Shown: one piece after another, positions 37,319 to 48,567 of the stretch
How positions within the stretch are numbered: the first letter of the stretch is position 1
Layout: each line of letters starts with the position of its first letter
Made by a program: the position numbers and the translations under genes
Assembly: GCA_045123075.1 (NCBI GenBank)
Contig: JBGVIJ010000027.1
Coordinates: 11,857-75,856 of the forward strand
Source of the DNA: Phascolarctobacterium sp.
Lineage (GTDB): Bacteria; Bacillota; Negativicutes; Acidaminococcales; Acidaminococcaceae
Direction of reading: 5' to 3'
DNA: 64,000 nt
Notes under the pieces: generated by a model
What the model was told of the DNA's origin: nothing
What the model saw: only the letters and a program-made list of their open reading frames with translations
The model's database searches: none

Positions 37319-39598
37319 TTAGCCCATAATAATCTTTTCAGGAGTAATCGGCAATTCGTAGAAACGTTTGCCGGTAGCATTATAAATAGCGTCTGCAATA
37401 GCAGGAGCAGGAGTATTGATTACAACTTCGCCAATGGATTTTGCACCAAAAGGACCAGTACCTTCGTAACTGGATTCAAATTCTACGTTGATGTGACCAA
37501 TATCCCAACGAGTAGGAATCTTGTATTGCATCAGAGAGTTTTCTGCCAGCTTACCATATTTGTTGTAAGTAACGTTTTCGGTCAAAGCCATACCGATACC
37601 TTGCAAAATACCGCCTTCTGCTTGCACTCGAGCTAAGTTAGGATTAATGGGAGTACCGCAGTCAACTACGGAGTTGAATTCAATAACGCGCACTTCACCG
37701 GTCAATTTATCAAGCTCAATTTCTGCAACCCCAACCATGAACGGTGGCGGAGAAACAGGAGTAGATTTGGTAACAGTTTCTTCCACAGCAATGCTGTTAT
37801 TGCACATAGAAGCAGTACTGATATCAAACAAGGACACTGCATTTTTACCGTCAGCAATTACTTCGTTACGTTTTACTTCCTTACCGTCAAAGGTAACATC
37901 GCTTGCTTCGCAACCTAAAATTTGCGCACCAATAGCACAAATCTTTTCACGCAGCTTCATTGCACATTCTTCAGTCGCTTTACCGGTCAAATAAGTTGTA
38001 CTGGAAGCATAAGAGCCGGAATCATAAGGAGATACGTCAGTATCTGCACTATATACAGCAATTTGTTCAATATCACATTCTAAAATTTCTGCTGCGATTT
38101 GCGCCATAATGGTATCGCTGCCGGTACCAATGTCAGCAGAAGCAAGCATCAAATTATAAATGCCTTCATCGCCCAACTTCAAAGTAGCACTGCCAACATC
38201 GCAGAAAGGAATCGCGGAGCCTTGCATTGCCATGCCAAGTCCAAGTGCTCTAACTTTGCCATTGCCCATATCACGAACAGGATATTTTTCATCCCATTTG
38301 CTCATTTCCTTTACACGAGCCAAGCAACGGTCAAGAGTACAACTGGTGTTCCAACTATTATAGTAAGCAGGCATCATTTTACCTTCGCTGGTAATATTCA
38401 TCATACGCAGTGCCAAGGGGTCCATTTTCAGCATTGCTGCCAATTCATTAACAGCAGATTCCACAGCGAAAATACCTTGAGTTGCACCGTAACCACGGTA
38501 CGCACCTGCACTCATTACGTTGGAGTACACAACATCACTGGTAAAACGATAACCTTCGGTATCGTACAAAGGAATGGATTTATGACCAGTTAAACCAACA
38601 GTAGTAGGTCCATGTTCACCATAAGCACCGGTGTTAGACAAAGTATATAAATCAATTGCTCTAATATTGCCATCGTTCATTGCACCAATGCGTACACGCA
38701 ATTGCATTTCGTGACGAGGAGAAGATGCAAGCATACATTCTTCACGGCTGTAAACAATCTTACTAGGCTTCTTCAACTTCCAAGTTACGAAAGCAGGATA
38801 CATTTCACAGACAGCAGTTTGTTTTGCGCCAAAGCCACCGCCAACGCGAGGTTTGGTAACACGAATTTTATGTTTAGGAATACCCAAAGCATTTGCCACA
38901 ATACGACGCACGTGGAAAACGATTTGAGTAGCGCTGGTAATATGCAAACGACCATAAGTATCAATATTGCAGAAAGCACGGAAGCCTTCCATCATGGTTT
39001 GTTGCACAGCTTTAGTGTGGTAAGTACGTTCCAAAACCACATCGCAATCAGCAAAGATAGCTTCTACATCACCTTCACCACATTCTTGATGAGCACACAG
39101 GTTACGTTTATTATCTGCACCAACAGGAACCAGACTGCGCCAATTATCTTCGGGATGAACTAAATTAGGATTATCCAAGGATTGACGGAAGTCCAAAATA
39201 GGTTCCAATAATTGATATTTAACTTTAATCAAGGACAAAGCTTTATCAACTGCTTTTTCAGTTTTACCTGCAACAATGGCAACAACATCACCAACGAAAC
39301 GCACATGACGGTCTAAAAGCAAACGGTCGTAGGGACTGGGTTCAGGATAAGTTTGACCTGCACAGGTAAAGCGATTACCATTTTGGTCAACATCTTCCCA
39401 AGTAAAAATAGCTTCAATGTCAGGAACTTTTAAGGCAATGGCAGTATTAACGCTTTCTACAATGGCATTAGCATGAGGAGAGCGCAACAATTTTACGATC
39501 AAACAATCTTTAGGAGCAATATCATCAGTATAAACAGGTTGACCTGTTACCAATTGCATTGCATCTTTTTTACGCAACGATTGATTTACATATTTCAT
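37319..39598 (-). CDS. xanthine dehydrogenase-family molybdopterin-binding large subunit
   Basis: About 760 aa. N-terminal K.DA..LVTGQPVYTDD, plus GGGFG and the GEHGPTTVG region. ATG 39598 lies 8 nt after GGAG. Confidence 0.93.
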   Translation of the reverse strand: MKYVNQSLRKKDAMQLVTGQPVYTDDIAPKDCLIVKLLRSPHANAIVESVNTAIALKVPDIEAIFTWEDVDQNGNRFTCAGQTYPEPSPYDRLLLDRHVRFVGDVVAIVAGKTEKAVDKALSLIKVKYQLLEPILDFRQSLDNPNLVHPEDNWRSLVPVGADNKRNLCAHQECGEGDVEAIFADCDVVLERTYHTKAVQQTMMEGFRAFCNIDTYGRLHITSATQIVFHVRRIVANALGIPKHKIRVTKPRVGGGFGAKQTAVCEMYPAFVTWKLKKPSKIVYSREECMLASSPRHEMQLRVRIGAMNDGNIRAIDLYTLSNTGAYGEHGPTTVGLTGHKSIPLYDTEGYRFTSDVVYSNVMSAGAYRGYGATQGIFAVESAVNELAAMLKMDPLALRMMNITSEGKMMPAYYNSWNTSCTLDRCLARVKEMSKWDEKYPVRDMGNGKVRALGLGMAMQGSAIPFCDVGSATLKLGDEGIYNLMLASADIGTGSDTIMAQIAAEILECDIEQIAVYSADTDVSPYDSGSYASSTTYLTGKATEECAMKLREKICAIGAQILGCEASDVTFDGKEVKRNEVIADGKNAVSLFDISTASMCNNSIAVEETVTKSTPVSPPPFMVGVAEIELDKLTGEVRVIEFNSVVDCGTPINPNLARVQAEGGILQGIGMALTENVTYNKYGKLAENSLMQYKIPTRWDIGHINVEFESSYEGTGPFGAKSIGEVVINTPAPAIADAIYNATGKRFYELPITPEKIIMG

Positions 39599-39611
39599 AA
39601 TGCTTACTCCC

Positions 39612-40070
39612 TCATTTATTTTTCTTCCATTCAAGGAAGCTTAAGATGCCACGTAATTGACCTTCGTAACCGGAACAACGACACAAATTACCTGCCAAGT
39701 ATTCTTTAATTTCTTCTTCGTTAGGTTCAGGATTTTCTCTGAACAACGCCAAAGCATTCATAATGAAACCAGGATTACAGAAACCACATTGTTCTGCGCC
39801 TTGGTCTGCAATGAAAGTGCCAAACTCTGCTGCCTCTTCTTGCAAACCTTCAAGAGTGGTGATAGCGTGACCATCAGCACGAGCCGCCAAGATGGAGCAG
39901 GAAAGCACCGGTTTATCATCCATAAACACAGTGCACAAACCGCAGTTAGAAGTTTCGCAACCACGTTTTACACTGTAGCAGCCTTCATTGCGAACAAAAT
40001 CTATCAAAAGCAAATCTGCTTCAATTTCTCTGGTAAGCTTTTTACCGTTAAGAGTAATATTAACTAACAT
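39612..40070 (-). CDS. xanthine dehydrogenase-family (2Fe-2S)-binding small subunit
   Basis: Cys motifs C.TSNCGLCTV and CGFCNPG...CRCSGY. Confidence 0.93.
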   Translation of the reverse strand: MLVNITLNGKKLTREIEADLLLIDFVRNEGCYSVKRGCETSNCGLCTVFMDDKPVLSCSILAARADGHAITTLEGLQEEAAEFGTFIADQGAEQCGFCNPGFIMNALALFRENPEPNEEEIKEYLAGNLCRCSGYEGQLRGILSFLEWKKNK

Positions 40071-40861
40071 TAAACTTTACCTCCCAATTCCATAATAGTT
40101 CTTTCAGCCAACACCTTAACCAGATGAGTGCGATACTCAGCACTACCACGGTTAGTATTAGCAGTAGGAATTTTTGCTGCAGCATACTCGGCAAAAGCTT
40201 TTGCTTTTTCTGCAGTAATGGGTAAAGTTACGAGGTTTTCTTCGTCAGTAACCAACATTGCTTTGCCAGGTCTTGCACCAATTGCCATGCGAATACCTGC
40301 TTCAGTTAAAGCAGTTGCGCAGGTCAGTACGGGGAAGTCGGTTTTAGCAATGCGTACACTTTGGTAACAGAAGCTTGCTTTTTGTTTTTTTATGATTACA
40401 CTAACAAGGATATCCCTGTCATATTTCATATTTACAAATTCAGCAAGAGGTATAATTCCACCCTTATGCATTTCAACATAAGTATCCATAGAAAGCAGAA
40501 TGGTCAACACATCGGAAAAACCAAATCTACCGTACACGCTACCGCCAACAGTTGCCAAGTTACGGAACTGTACGCCTACAATATAGCGTAAAGCTTCCTT
40601 TACAGCACCATTGGTGTATGCATTTAAACCTTGGTGTTCTTCCATTTGACGTAAGGTTGCCATACAGCCAATACGGATTTCAGCTTCTGTTTCTTCTATT
40701 TTATCCAATCCCAAAGCGGATAAATCAATGGCAGTCACTACATTGCCTTTGGTCATCTTAATCCAAAGCATACCGCCAATAATTTTATTGGTACGTTTTT
40801 GATTTAATTCCCAAGCTTCTTCTAAGCAGGAAACCTTCTTAAATTCACGAATAGTTATCAT
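40070..40861 (-). CDS. xanthine dehydrogenase-family FAD-binding subunit
   Basis: CO-dehydrogenase flavoprotein-like, 263 aa, with the ATVGGS block. Confidence 0.88.
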   Translation of the reverse strand: MITIREFKKVSCLEEAWELNQKRTNKIIGGMLWIKMTKGNVVTAIDLSALGLDKIEETEAEIRIGCMATLRQMEEHQGLNAYTNGAVKEALRYIVGVQFRNLATVGGSVYGRFGFSDVLTILLSMDTYVEMHKGGIIPLAEFVNMKYDRDILVSVIIKKQKASFCYQSVRIAKTDFPVLTCATALTEAGIRMAIGARPGKAMLVTDEENLVTLPITAEKAKAFAEYAAAKIPTANTNRGSAEYRTHLVKVLAERTIMELGGKV

Positions 40862-40993
40862 TGAAAGCCCTCCTAATAGGGTTATTACTTACCATTTCAT
40901 TATAACAAAATATCATTTTGCAAGCAATTTCCCCTTGCTGGTTAGCACTTCCAAGTAATAAAATAAAAGCAATTATTATATGGAGATTTTGTT

Positions 40994-41593
40994 ATGAACA
41001 TTGCACATAAATTACCCATCGCCTGTATTATTATGGCTTCCGGTTCAGGAAACCGTTTTGGTGAAAATAAACTACTTTATAAAATTCAAGATAAACCTTT
41101 ATTGCAACACATTTTGGAAACCACATCTAAACTTCCTTTTGCAGAACGTATTGTCGTTACTCGCCACCAAGAAGTTTTAGATTTGTGTAATGCATTAAAT
41201 ATCAAGGTTATCCGCCACGCAGAACCTTATCAAAGTGACACTGTCCGCATTGCTTTGGAAAACCTTGCTGAATTTGAAGGCTATCTTTTTTGCACAGGAG
41301 ATCAACCGTTCTTAAAAAAAGTAAGCCTGGAAAAATTATGTGTCAGTTTTTTAGAAGCGCCAAACTTTATCTACCGCACTATTTTTGAAAGCACTCCCGG
41401 CAATCCGGTAATCTTCCCGGCAAAATTTACAAAAGAACTTAAGAAATTGCCCCAAGATTGCGGAGGCAGCCATTTAATAAAAAAATATCCTGAACAAGTA
41501 CGCTACATACCTGTTCAGGATTCTTTAGAGCTTTATGATATTGACACCAAGGAAGATTTAGAAAAATTATTCCTTGGGCAAAACAACATTTAA
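40994..41593 (+). CDS. mocA: MobA/MocA-like molybdenum cofactor nucleotidyltransferase
   Basis: N-terminal IIMASGSGNRFGENKLL and a GDQP motif. Transcribed divergently from the xdh genes. Confidence 0.78.
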   Translation: MNIAHKLPIACIIMASGSGNRFGENKLLYKIQDKPLLQHILETTSKLPFAERIVVTRHQEVLDLCNALNIKVIRHAEPYQSDTVRIALENLAEFEGYLFCTGDQPFLKKVSLEKLCVSFLEAPNFIYRTIFESTPGNPVIFPAKFTKELKKLPQDCGGSHLIKKYPEQVRYIPVQDSLELYDIDTKEDLEKLFLGQNNI

Positions 41594-42955
41594 AAAGATT
41601 GCAACCACAGCCGCGGGCACGATACCGGAACCGCCAAAAATCAATTTAACGAATTGGGGAGCGTGTGCCAATACGCCGGGGTTAGCACCCATACCGTAAC
41701 CAACACCAAGAGCCACGGAAACGATAGTCAAACTTCTAGCGTTGAGGGGCTCTTTTGTTATGAGTTGAATACCACTTACTACGATGGAAGAGAACATCAT
41801 AACAGCAGCACCGCCCAAAACAGATTGGGGCATAATGGAAACGATGGCACCCAATTTAGGAATAAGACCGCAAAGCACGAGGAAGATTGCACCGGTAGCC
41901 AAAGCAAAACGGTTTACAACCTTAGTCATGGCAACAAGGCCTACGTTTTGGCTAAAAGAAGTGTTGGGCAATACGCCGAGGATTGCGGCAAAGCTGGAAC
42001 CTAAGCCATCACAAATGATACCACCGGAAAGTTCTTTGTCATCTGCTTCACGACCGAAACCACTTTCCATAACGCCGGATATATCGCCAACGGTTTCAAC
42101 GGCAGTTACGATAAACATAATTGCTACGGGAATGATGGCACGCATATCAAAAACGATATCTACGGGGAAAAGTTCAGGAATCTCAAACCAAGCTGCTTGA
42201 GAAACTTTGTCCCAGTTGATAACCCAAGATTTAGTATATTCCACACCTTTAGCAGTTACAGCAGTGGTAGGAAGAACAAAGCTCATTACGATAGAAGCAA
42301 AGTAGCCGGCGATGATACCCATCAAAATAGAAGAATAGCTGGTAATACCTTTGGTACCATGTTTGAAAATCAAAATAACTACAAGAACGAAAAGACCTAG
42401 GCCCAAGTTTTCTGCAGAACCAAAGTCCTTGGCTTTAAAGCCACCACCAAAGGAATTCATGCCAACAGAAATCAAAGAAAGGCCAATGGAAAGAACTACA
42501 GTACCGGTAACAACTGCCGGGAAGAATCTACGCAAGGGTTTTAAGAAAACGCCAAGCACACCTTCAAAAATACCACCAACAATGGACGCCCCCATCATTG
42601 CACCATACGCAAGAACACCACTACCTAAAGATGCAGCTACACCGTTAAATACACCAATGAAGCCGGAGCTGGTACCCATGATGATAGGAACTTTACCACC
42701 ACAAGGGCCAATGGAATACAATTGCACCAAGGTAACAAGGCCTGCCACAATCATTGCATTTTGCAACAAGCTAATGCGTAAGTCAGCAAATTCTGCACCG
42801 GCAATACCACAAGCACCGCAAATAATAAGCAGCGGAGTCAAGTTACCTACAAACATTGCCAAAACATGTTGTAAGCCAAGAGGAATTGCTCTAGACAAAG
42901 GCATAGACGCATAAAAGTCATAGGCAGGATCTAAATTCTTTTTCTCTTTATCCAT
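41567..42955 (-). CDS. NCS2-family xanthine/uracil permease
   Basis: Polytopic with an NCS2-type QN.G/ETVGDI region. ATG 42955 follows GAGGTG. Confidence 0.9.
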   Translation of the reverse strand: MDKEKKNLDPAYDFYASMPLSRAIPLGLQHVLAMFVGNLTPLLIICGACGIAGAEFADLRISLLQNAMIVAGLVTLVQLYSIGPCGGKVPIIMGTSSGFIGVFNGVAASLGSGVLAYGAMMGASIVGGIFEGVLGVFLKPLRRFFPAVVTGTVVLSIGLSLISVGMNSFGGGFKAKDFGSAENLGLGLFVLVVILIFKHGTKGITSYSSILMGIIAGYFASIVMSFVLPTTAVTAKGVEYTKSWVINWDKVSQAAWFEIPELFPVDIVFDMRAIIPVAIMFIVTAVETVGDISGVMESGFGREADDKELSGGIICDGLGSSFAAILGVLPNTSFSQNVGLVAMTKVVNRFALATGAIFLVLCGLIPKLGAIVSIMPQSVLGGAAVMMFSSIVVSGIQLITKEPLNARSLTIVSVALGVGYGMGANPGVLAHAPQFVKLIFGGSGIVPAAVVAIFLNVVLPKE

Positions 42956-43023
42956 CAAAAACACCTCATAAAAATTTAATACTCATTAATTCTACTGAAC
43001 ATCAGCAAAATTGTAAACATATT

Positions 43024-43992
43024 TTATGCTTTCTTATTGCCATAACGAGCAGCTCGCACCTGAATAAACTGTGCCGCAATGCTAATGGCGATTTCCGCAG
43101 GAGTTTCACTGCCAATTTCTAAACCAATGGGAGTAATGATTCTAGCAAGCTGTTCTTCGCTGAAACCTTCGTTGAGCAAAGTCTCCCTTGTTAATTTTGC
43201 CTTACGCCTGCTTCCTACTACGCCAATGTAATGAACAGGAGTATTCAGGGCGAAGCGTTCCACATCAGCATCGTGCAAATGCCCTCGAGTCATTACGGCA
43301 ACGTAGTCATTCTCAGTAATCTGCACTGAGCTAGCTAAGTTTTTAAAATCAACGCAGCGTACTTCTTCCGCACCGGTAAAGAGTTCCGGTTTGAAAAACT
43401 CTTCCCTGTCATCTAAGACTACGCATCTAAAACCAAGATGACTTAAAACAGGGACTACTTCCTGCGCCAGATGACCGCCGCCAAAAATAAATACCTTGCC
43501 GTCAAAATTGAAACGCTCTGCGTAATATGAATTGTCACCAAGTTGTATCAAACCATTACCTTGTAAATCATAAGCACCTTGGAAAACTTGCAGCTTGCCT
43601 TCAACAACAGGAAGGAGCAACCAAAATTGTTCCTTGCTCACCATTACGCCAAGCACTTCTTGCACCAAGGGCAAATCATTTGCTGATAAGTACTGATAAA
43701 GTATCGTACAAGTACCACCGCAAATCATTCCCAGTTCAGCGCTGCCTTCCATGGTCAGCGTGTATTCGTACAAAAAGTTTCTCTTTTGAGCTATCTGTTC
43801 CTGACCTTGCAGTATCACATTGTATTCTAAGCTTCCGCCACCAATAGTTCCGCAAATTCTACCGGCTTCGCCCACTACCATATAAGCGCCGCTACTACGA
43901 GGAGTAGAGCCGGTACTGGAAATGATGGTTGCCAGCAAACAAGGCTTACCCATTTTCAATTGTTCTTCTATGGCAAGAAAAATCTTTTCCAT
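43024..43992 (-). CDS. xdhC: XdhC/CoxI-family molybdenum hydroxylase accessory protein
   Basis: N-terminal XdhC_CoxI region and C-terminal Rossmann block VFIFGGGHLAQ. Confidence 0.85.
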   Translation of the reverse strand: MEKIFLAIEEQLKMGKPCLLATIISSTGSTPRSSGAYMVVGEAGRICGTIGGGSLEYNVILQGQEQIAQKRNFLYEYTLTMEGSAELGMICGGTCTILYQYLSANDLPLVQEVLGVMVSKEQFWLLLPVVEGKLQVFQGAYDLQGNGLIQLGDNSYYAERFNFDGKVFIFGGGHLAQEVVPVLSHLGFRCVVLDDREEFFKPELFTGAEEVRCVDFKNLASSVQITENDYVAVMTRGHLHDADVERFALNTPVHYIGVVGSRRKAKLTRETLLNEGFSEEQLARIITPIGLEIGSETPAEIAISIAAQFIQVRAARYGNKKA

Positions 43993-43993
43993 T

Positions 43994-44809
43994 TTATTTC
44001 TCCATATATTGCTTGCACACCAATTCTAAAACACTGCCTGCAATACAGCGTGCCTTGTCAGAAATGGTAAAACAGTTGGCAAGTTCAGATTTGCGGGGAT
44101 CAATATCTGCAATCTTAAAACCTTTAGTAACTACATATCCCTCGCGAATCATACCTCTAATAATGCCTGTGATAGTTGCCTTCACAGGTATTTTTTCATT
44201 TTCAGTAAGGATTTCAGCAATTACATCACCTTGCTCTACAATGGTACCAATGCCTTGAACAATGTGCATTGTGCCTGCAGTTTCCGCGTGCAGCACACGT
44301 TCAGAAGTATAACCGCCAATATCACCGGGAATACCGCTATTGGGAGCAGCTTTACCCTCGCGGATAACTCTACCCAAATTATGACCACGCTTAGTTTCTA
44401 CAACTGCGTCTACATCTACGCCAGCTTCAAAGCCGGGTCCAAGAGCAATGGTCAAAGGAGCCATATCTATTTTCGTACCTAAATTCTTTTTGGCAATAAT
44501 AGCGTCCACTACCACGTCAGGTTTTAATTCTGCAATACAAGTACCGGTTTCATCTACAAGTACAGGTACATTGCCTGCTTGCCAAATAGCTTCTGCTTCT
44601 TGAACGTTATTAATCAAAACAGCAGTCATACCTTCAAAAACATTACTGCCTTCATAAACAGCTTCGCAAACAGAAACTTGCCTACGAATGGCAGCAGGAG
44701 CAGCACATTCTAAAACTAAAACCTTAAAACCTGTGCTCCACAAACGGTGGATACAGCCTGTAGCTAAATCGCCGCCACCACGGACAACTACCAAAAAATC
44801 TTTTTTCAT
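43994..44809 (-). CDS. yqeB: selenium-dependent molybdenum hydroxylase system protein, YqeB family
   Basis: N-terminal VVVRGGGDLATG, size about 270 aa, and position next to xdhC, selD and yqeC. Confidence 0.78.
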   Translation of the reverse strand: MKKDFLVVVRGGGDLATGCIHRLWSTGFKVLVLECAAPAAIRRQVSVCEAVYEGSNVFEGMTAVLINNVQEAEAIWQAGNVPVLVDETGTCIAELKPDVVVDAIIAKKNLGTKIDMAPLTIALGPGFEAGVDVDAVVETKRGHNLGRVIREGKAAPNSGIPGDIGGYTSERVLHAETAGTMHIVQGIGTIVEQGDVIAEILTENEKIPVKATITGIIRGMIREGYVVTKGFKIADIDPRKSELANCFTISDKARCIAGSVLELVCKQYMEK

Positions 44810-44818
44810 AATCTCATC

Positions 44819-45058
44819 TCACATCATTAAATCTATTACTTGTTCCCAAACAAAATTCATTTGGGAACGCTTTACTTCTATAAAACTATAATCTTCTAAT
44901 GGCACTCGCCAAGCAACACCGCACCCGGAAGAGATTTCTTGAGGAACAGGGATCAATCTACCGGGTAAATTATTTCCCAAGCAGAAGCTTTCCATAGCCA
45001 TGGCAGCAGTTGTAGTAGCAAAAGTAATAATCTTATAAGCTTTCTTTATTCTCGCCAT
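44819..45058 (-). CDS. DUF3343-type small protein (putative Se/S carrier-like)
   Basis: 79 aa. F.T...A...E..C block plus PVPQEISSGCG. Confidence 0.68.
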   Translation of the reverse strand: MARIKKAYKIITFATTTAAMAMESFCLGNNLPGRLIPVPQEISSGCGVAWRVPLEDYSFIEVKRSQMNFVWEQVIDLMM

Positions 45059-46203
45059 TACTCTTGCTCCTCTTCTGCAATTTCTTTAATTGCCTTGATT
45101 GCCACGTCCACTTCTTCCATAGTATTGAAATAGCCAAAACTAAAACGTACCATACCTTGTTTTTCCGTACCAAAATGCTGATGCACCAATGGAGCGCAAT
45201 GAGCACCTGCTCGCACGCAGATACCGTAATCTTCCCACAAGATGTCGCTGACAAGACCTGCATCCATTTCGCCAATGTTCAAGGAAACAAGAGCCACTCG
45301 TTCTGCACTGCCAAAATCACAGTACAATTTTACCTTGGGCAAATTTTTGATACCATCAACAAAATGTCGTAGCAGTTTCATTTCATGAACGTGTACTTTA
45401 TCTACGCCAGTTTCCAGCAAAAAGCTAACTGCAGCATTCAAACCTGCAAGACCGTGTCCGTTTAAAGTACCTGCTTCTAAAACCGTCGGCATCATTTGCG
45501 GATGTACCTTATCAAAGCTATGAACACCACTTCCGCCAACCTTTAAGGACGGCAACTTTACATGTTCGCCAACATAAATACCACCAGTACCTTGAGGGCC
45601 AAGCAAACCCTTATGTCCCGTAAAGCACAGCACGTCAATCCCCATAGCTTGCACATCAATAGGCAATGTGCCTGCAGTTTGGGAAGCGTCTACCACTAAA
45701 AGCAAGTTGTGCCTTTTCGCAATGGCAGAAAGCTTCTGCAAATCATTGACATTACCGGTAACATTAGAAGCGTGATTGATAACAATCGCCTTAGTATTTG
45801 CTTGCACCTTACTTTCCAAAACAGCGTAGTCAATTCTGCCACAAGCATCCAGAGGCAAAAAACTTACCTCTACGCCCGCACTTTCCTGCAAATACAAAGG
45901 ACGCAATACGGAATTATGTTCAGCCTCACTGCTAATAACATGGTCACCTGCATTGAACAAACCTTGAATGGCAATGTTCAGTGCTTCCGTAGCGTTACAG
46001 GTAAAAGCAATTTGTGCAGGATTGGCAATATTAAAAAGCTTCGCCAATTTAACCCGCGTATCGTAAACAGTCCTCGCTGCCTGCAAAGTAGGAGCGTGGG
46101 CACCACGACCTGCATTACCCAAAGTTAAAAGTGCCTTTTGTACAGCCTCTATGACCTCAACAGGTTTTTGTAGAGTGGTTGCTGCATTATCAAAATAAAT
46201 CAT
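45058..46203 (-). CDS. class V aminotransferase (cysteine desulfurase / selenocysteine lyase-like)
   Basis: IYFDNAATT and the HK PLP site FTGHKGLLGPQGTGG. ATG 46203 overlaps the yedF stop (ATGA). Confidence 0.9.
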   Translation of the reverse strand: MIYFDNAATTLQKPVEVIEAVQKALLTLGNAGRGAHAPTLQAARTVYDTRVKLAKLFNIANPAQIAFTCNATEALNIAIQGLFNAGDHVISSEAEHNSVLRPLYLQESAGVEVSFLPLDACGRIDYAVLESKVQANTKAIVINHASNVTGNVNDLQKLSAIAKRHNLLLVVDASQTAGTLPIDVQAMGIDVLCFTGHKGLLGPQGTGGIYVGEHVKLPSLKVGGSGVHSFDKVHPQMMPTVLEAGTLNGHGLAGLNAAVSFLLETGVDKVHVHEMKLLRHFVDGIKNLPKVKLYCDFGSAERVALVSLNIGEMDAGLVSDILWEDYGICVRAGAHCAPLVHQHFGTEKQGMVRFSFGYFNTMEEVDVAIKAIKEIAEEEQE

Positions 46204-46808
46204 GGTTTTACAATCAAACTCGCTTGTAACATTTTTTCTGCAATTACATACATATTGGTTACGCCGCCAACTTGCAATTTTTCTGCTAAACCATAATGGT
46301 TCAAGCAAGTACCGCAAGTCAAAATTTCTACACCTTGTGCTTCCAAGGACTTAACATCTTCCAGAGTGGGAGCATTTTCACAAGTCAGCTTCGCACCACC
46401 GTTGTAGAACAAAATGGTAGCAGGAAGTTCATCTTGTTGAGTAAGTGCGAAAATAAAACCTTTCATCAACAAAGTTCCAAGTGCTTCGTCGCCTTCACCC
46501 ATTTTATCAGAGGAAATCACAACAACTTTATTACTTCTTACATCAGGAATGCAGTCAGCACATTCTTCTACTGCTTCCTCAGCTACAACTTCGCCAACAG
46601 TCAAAATAACTTGGTATTTCTTTTCTTCCAGCTTTTCGCTTTTTACAGCGTAGCCTTTTTGTTGTGCCATTTTGGTCAAATTTTGTACAGCGATTTCATT
46701 ATCGACAAGCACGCAAACTTCACCGGCACCCTTTAATTCTTGGATTGCCTTCTTAGTTTTAACTACAGGAATCGGACAAGCATCGCCCAAAGCATTTACA
46801 TTAATCAT
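46200..46808 (-). CDS. yedF: selenium metabolism protein YedF (SirA-like plus DsrE-like domains)
   Basis: N-terminal GDACPIPVVKTKKAI CPxP motif. 202 aa. Confidence 0.83.
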   Translation of the reverse strand: MINVNALGDACPIPVVKTKKAIQELKGAGEVCVLVDNEIAVQNLTKMAQQKGYAVKSEKLEEKKYQVILTVGEVVAEEAVEECADCIPDVRSNKVVVISSDKMGEGDEALGTLLMKGFIFALTQQDELPATILFYNGGAKLTCENAPTLEDVKSLEAQGVEILTCGTCLNHYGLAEKLQVGGVTNMYVIAEKMLQASLIVKP

Positions 46809-46820
46809 AATTTAGCACCT

Positions 46821-47858
46821 CTATCTTACATAAATTTCGTATTCATCTTTTTCAACCAGCTCACCTACGATTTGAGCAGGCAGACCAGCAGCTTGTAATT
46901 CTTTTTCTAAAGCCAAAGCATCTTCCGGAGCAACAGCAACTAAAAGTCCACCGGAAGTTTGAGGATCAAAAAGGACTTCTTCCATGGCAAAGGGTACATT
47001 CTCAAAATGCACATACTCGCCAAAATGATTGCGGTTCTTTTGCCCTGCAGCTGTCAGTAAAAATTCATCTGCATAAGCCAAAGCTTCTTTTATTACAGGA
47101 ACATTCTTCATTTGAACATTAGCAGAAAGCTGACCGTCTACCATTTCGTGGAGATGTCCCAAAAAGCTAAAACCGGTAACATCAGTGCAAGCGTGCACTG
47201 AGTACTTACGCAAAAATTCTGCTGCGTATTTATTGAGTGTAGTCATGGATTTTATAGCTTCTTCCATAGCTTCAGCAGAAGCTTCGCCCACTCTATTGGC
47301 AGTGCAAACAATACCCACGCCTAACTTTTTAGTAAGAATAAGTTTATCGCCAACCTTGCCTGTATTGTTTTGGTAAATCTTTTCAGGATGTACCACACCG
47401 GTTACAGAAAGACCATACTTCACATCACTATCAGCAATGGAATGACCTCCTGCCAGCTGACCACCTGCTTCGATGACCTTTTCCGCACCGCCACGCATGA
47501 TTTCCCCTAAAATATTTAAATCCATATCTTCAGGAAAGCACACAATGTTCAAGGCAGTCTTCACCTCGCCACCCATAGCGTAAATGTCACTTAAAGCATT
47601 GGTTGCCGCAATCTTGCCGAAGGTGTACGGGTCTTCAACCATCGGCGGGAAGAAGTCCAAAGTTTGAACTAAGGCAACCTCATCAGAAATTTTATATACG
47701 GCAGCGTCATCCTTGCTATCATAACCAACTAAAAGATTTTCATCGCAGGGAGCTTTAGGCAATTTGGATAATACGTGACTTAAAATTCCTGCACCTAATT
47801 TAGCAGTGCATCCACCGCCCCTACAAAACACAATCTTCTCACTCACAATACGCTTCAC
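46821..47858 (-). CDS. selD: selenide, water dikinase (Cys-type active site)
   Basis: [10 protein letters not shown]-terminal loop and AIR-synthase-like fold blocks DDAAVY and GGHS. Start is uncertain (GTG 47858 or 47846). Confidence 0.92.
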   Translation of the reverse strand: MKRIVSEKIVFCRGGGCTAKLGAGILSHVLSKLPKAPCDENLLVGYDSKDDAAVYKISDEVALVQTLDFFPPMVEDPYTFGKIAATNALSDIYAMGGEVKTALNIVCFPEDMDLNILGEIMRGGAEKVIEAGGQLAGGHSIADSDVKYGLSVTGVVHPEKIYQNNTGKVGDKLILTKKLGVGIVCTANRVGEASAEAMEEAIKSMTTLNKYAAEFLRKYSVHACTDVTGFSFLGHLHEMVDGQLSANVQMKNVPVIKEALAYADEFLLTAAGQKNRNHFGEYVHFENVPFAMEEVLFDPQTSGGLLVAVAPEDALALEKELQAAGLPAQIVGELVEKDEYEIYVR

Positions 47859-48552
47859 CTCTAATCCAAAGCTTCTCTAAGTCAAAGCCTTCTTTTTCTA
47901 AAAGACTTTTTATTTTCAAAGCACTATTCAGTCTATTTTCATCGTCACATTTATTTAAAACTATAAAATAATTTCGTTGTCCAACATTTTTAAAAGCACC
48001 TTGCTCAGAAAGCAAAAGCTTTACTGCATCCTCTTCCGTCAAGCAGTGTTCAAGCATAACACCTAAAAATTCCTGTACTTTTTCCAAACGGAAGCAAACT
48101 TCTGAAATTGGTTGGTGCAGTGCATCTAAACCCATTACTGCTATAACAGTATCACTTGCAGGCAAAAGCACCGGTTCATTTTCAGCAGGAGCTTTGCAAG
48201 GCAAGCGCTTCGCTCCATCTGCTTCAACAAGCACTAAATCTGCAAGAGTACTGTAAGTTTTAAAAACATCTGCTGATAATTGGGTAAGCTTGCCAGTTCC
48301 AGCTTCAATGTTGCCAACTACAGCATAGTTTCCCGCTTGCCACAAAGCTTCCACTTCTGCAAGGGATTGTGCAAAATTACAAGCAGGCTGAAAAATATGG
48401 GTAGTAGTAGTTACCAAAACCTTTTTCCCTAAACTGGCAAAGTGTTCTGCCAACTGGTACATAACCGTAGTTTTACCACCAGCTCCGACTAAAGAAACAA
48501 TATGCTTTTTATCTTGTAAGTATTTAAAAAGGAAATGTTCCACCAGAAACAA
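47839..48552 (-). CDS. yqeC: selenium cofactor biosynthesis protein YqeC family (P-loop)
   Basis: [16 protein letters not shown]-loop, 237 aa, adjacent to selD. Confidence 0.78.
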   Translation of the reverse strand: MFLVEHFLFKYLQDKKHIVSLVGAGGKTTVMYQLAEHFASLGKKVLVTTTTHIFQPACNFAQSLAEVEALWQAGNYAVVGNIEAGTGKLTQLSADVFKTYSTLADLVLVEADGAKRLPCKAPAENEPVLLPASDTVIAVMGLDALHQPISEVCFRLEKVQEFLGVMLEHCLTEEDAVKLLLSEQGAFKNVGQRNYFIVLNKCDDENRLNSALKIKSLLEKEGFDLEKLWIRGEAYCE

Positions 48553-48567
48553 TCCTCCGTTTAAATT

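Noticed and set aside
40862-40993. Purine or Moco riboswitch in the leaders of the xdh operon and the moaA gene (37249-37318)
   Set aside because: I could not find the conserved purine-riboswitch junction sequences or a Moco-motif-like structure. The moaA leader is only about 70 nt and is mostly occupied by a terminator hairpin. An Infernal scan would be needed for a firm negative.
46821-47858. Selenocysteine (in-frame TGA) in SelD or neighbouring genes
   Set aside because: The SelD active-site loop reads GGGCTAK with a Cys codon. None of the locus ORFs is interrupted by an in-frame TGA, so there is no evidence for Sec decoding in this window.
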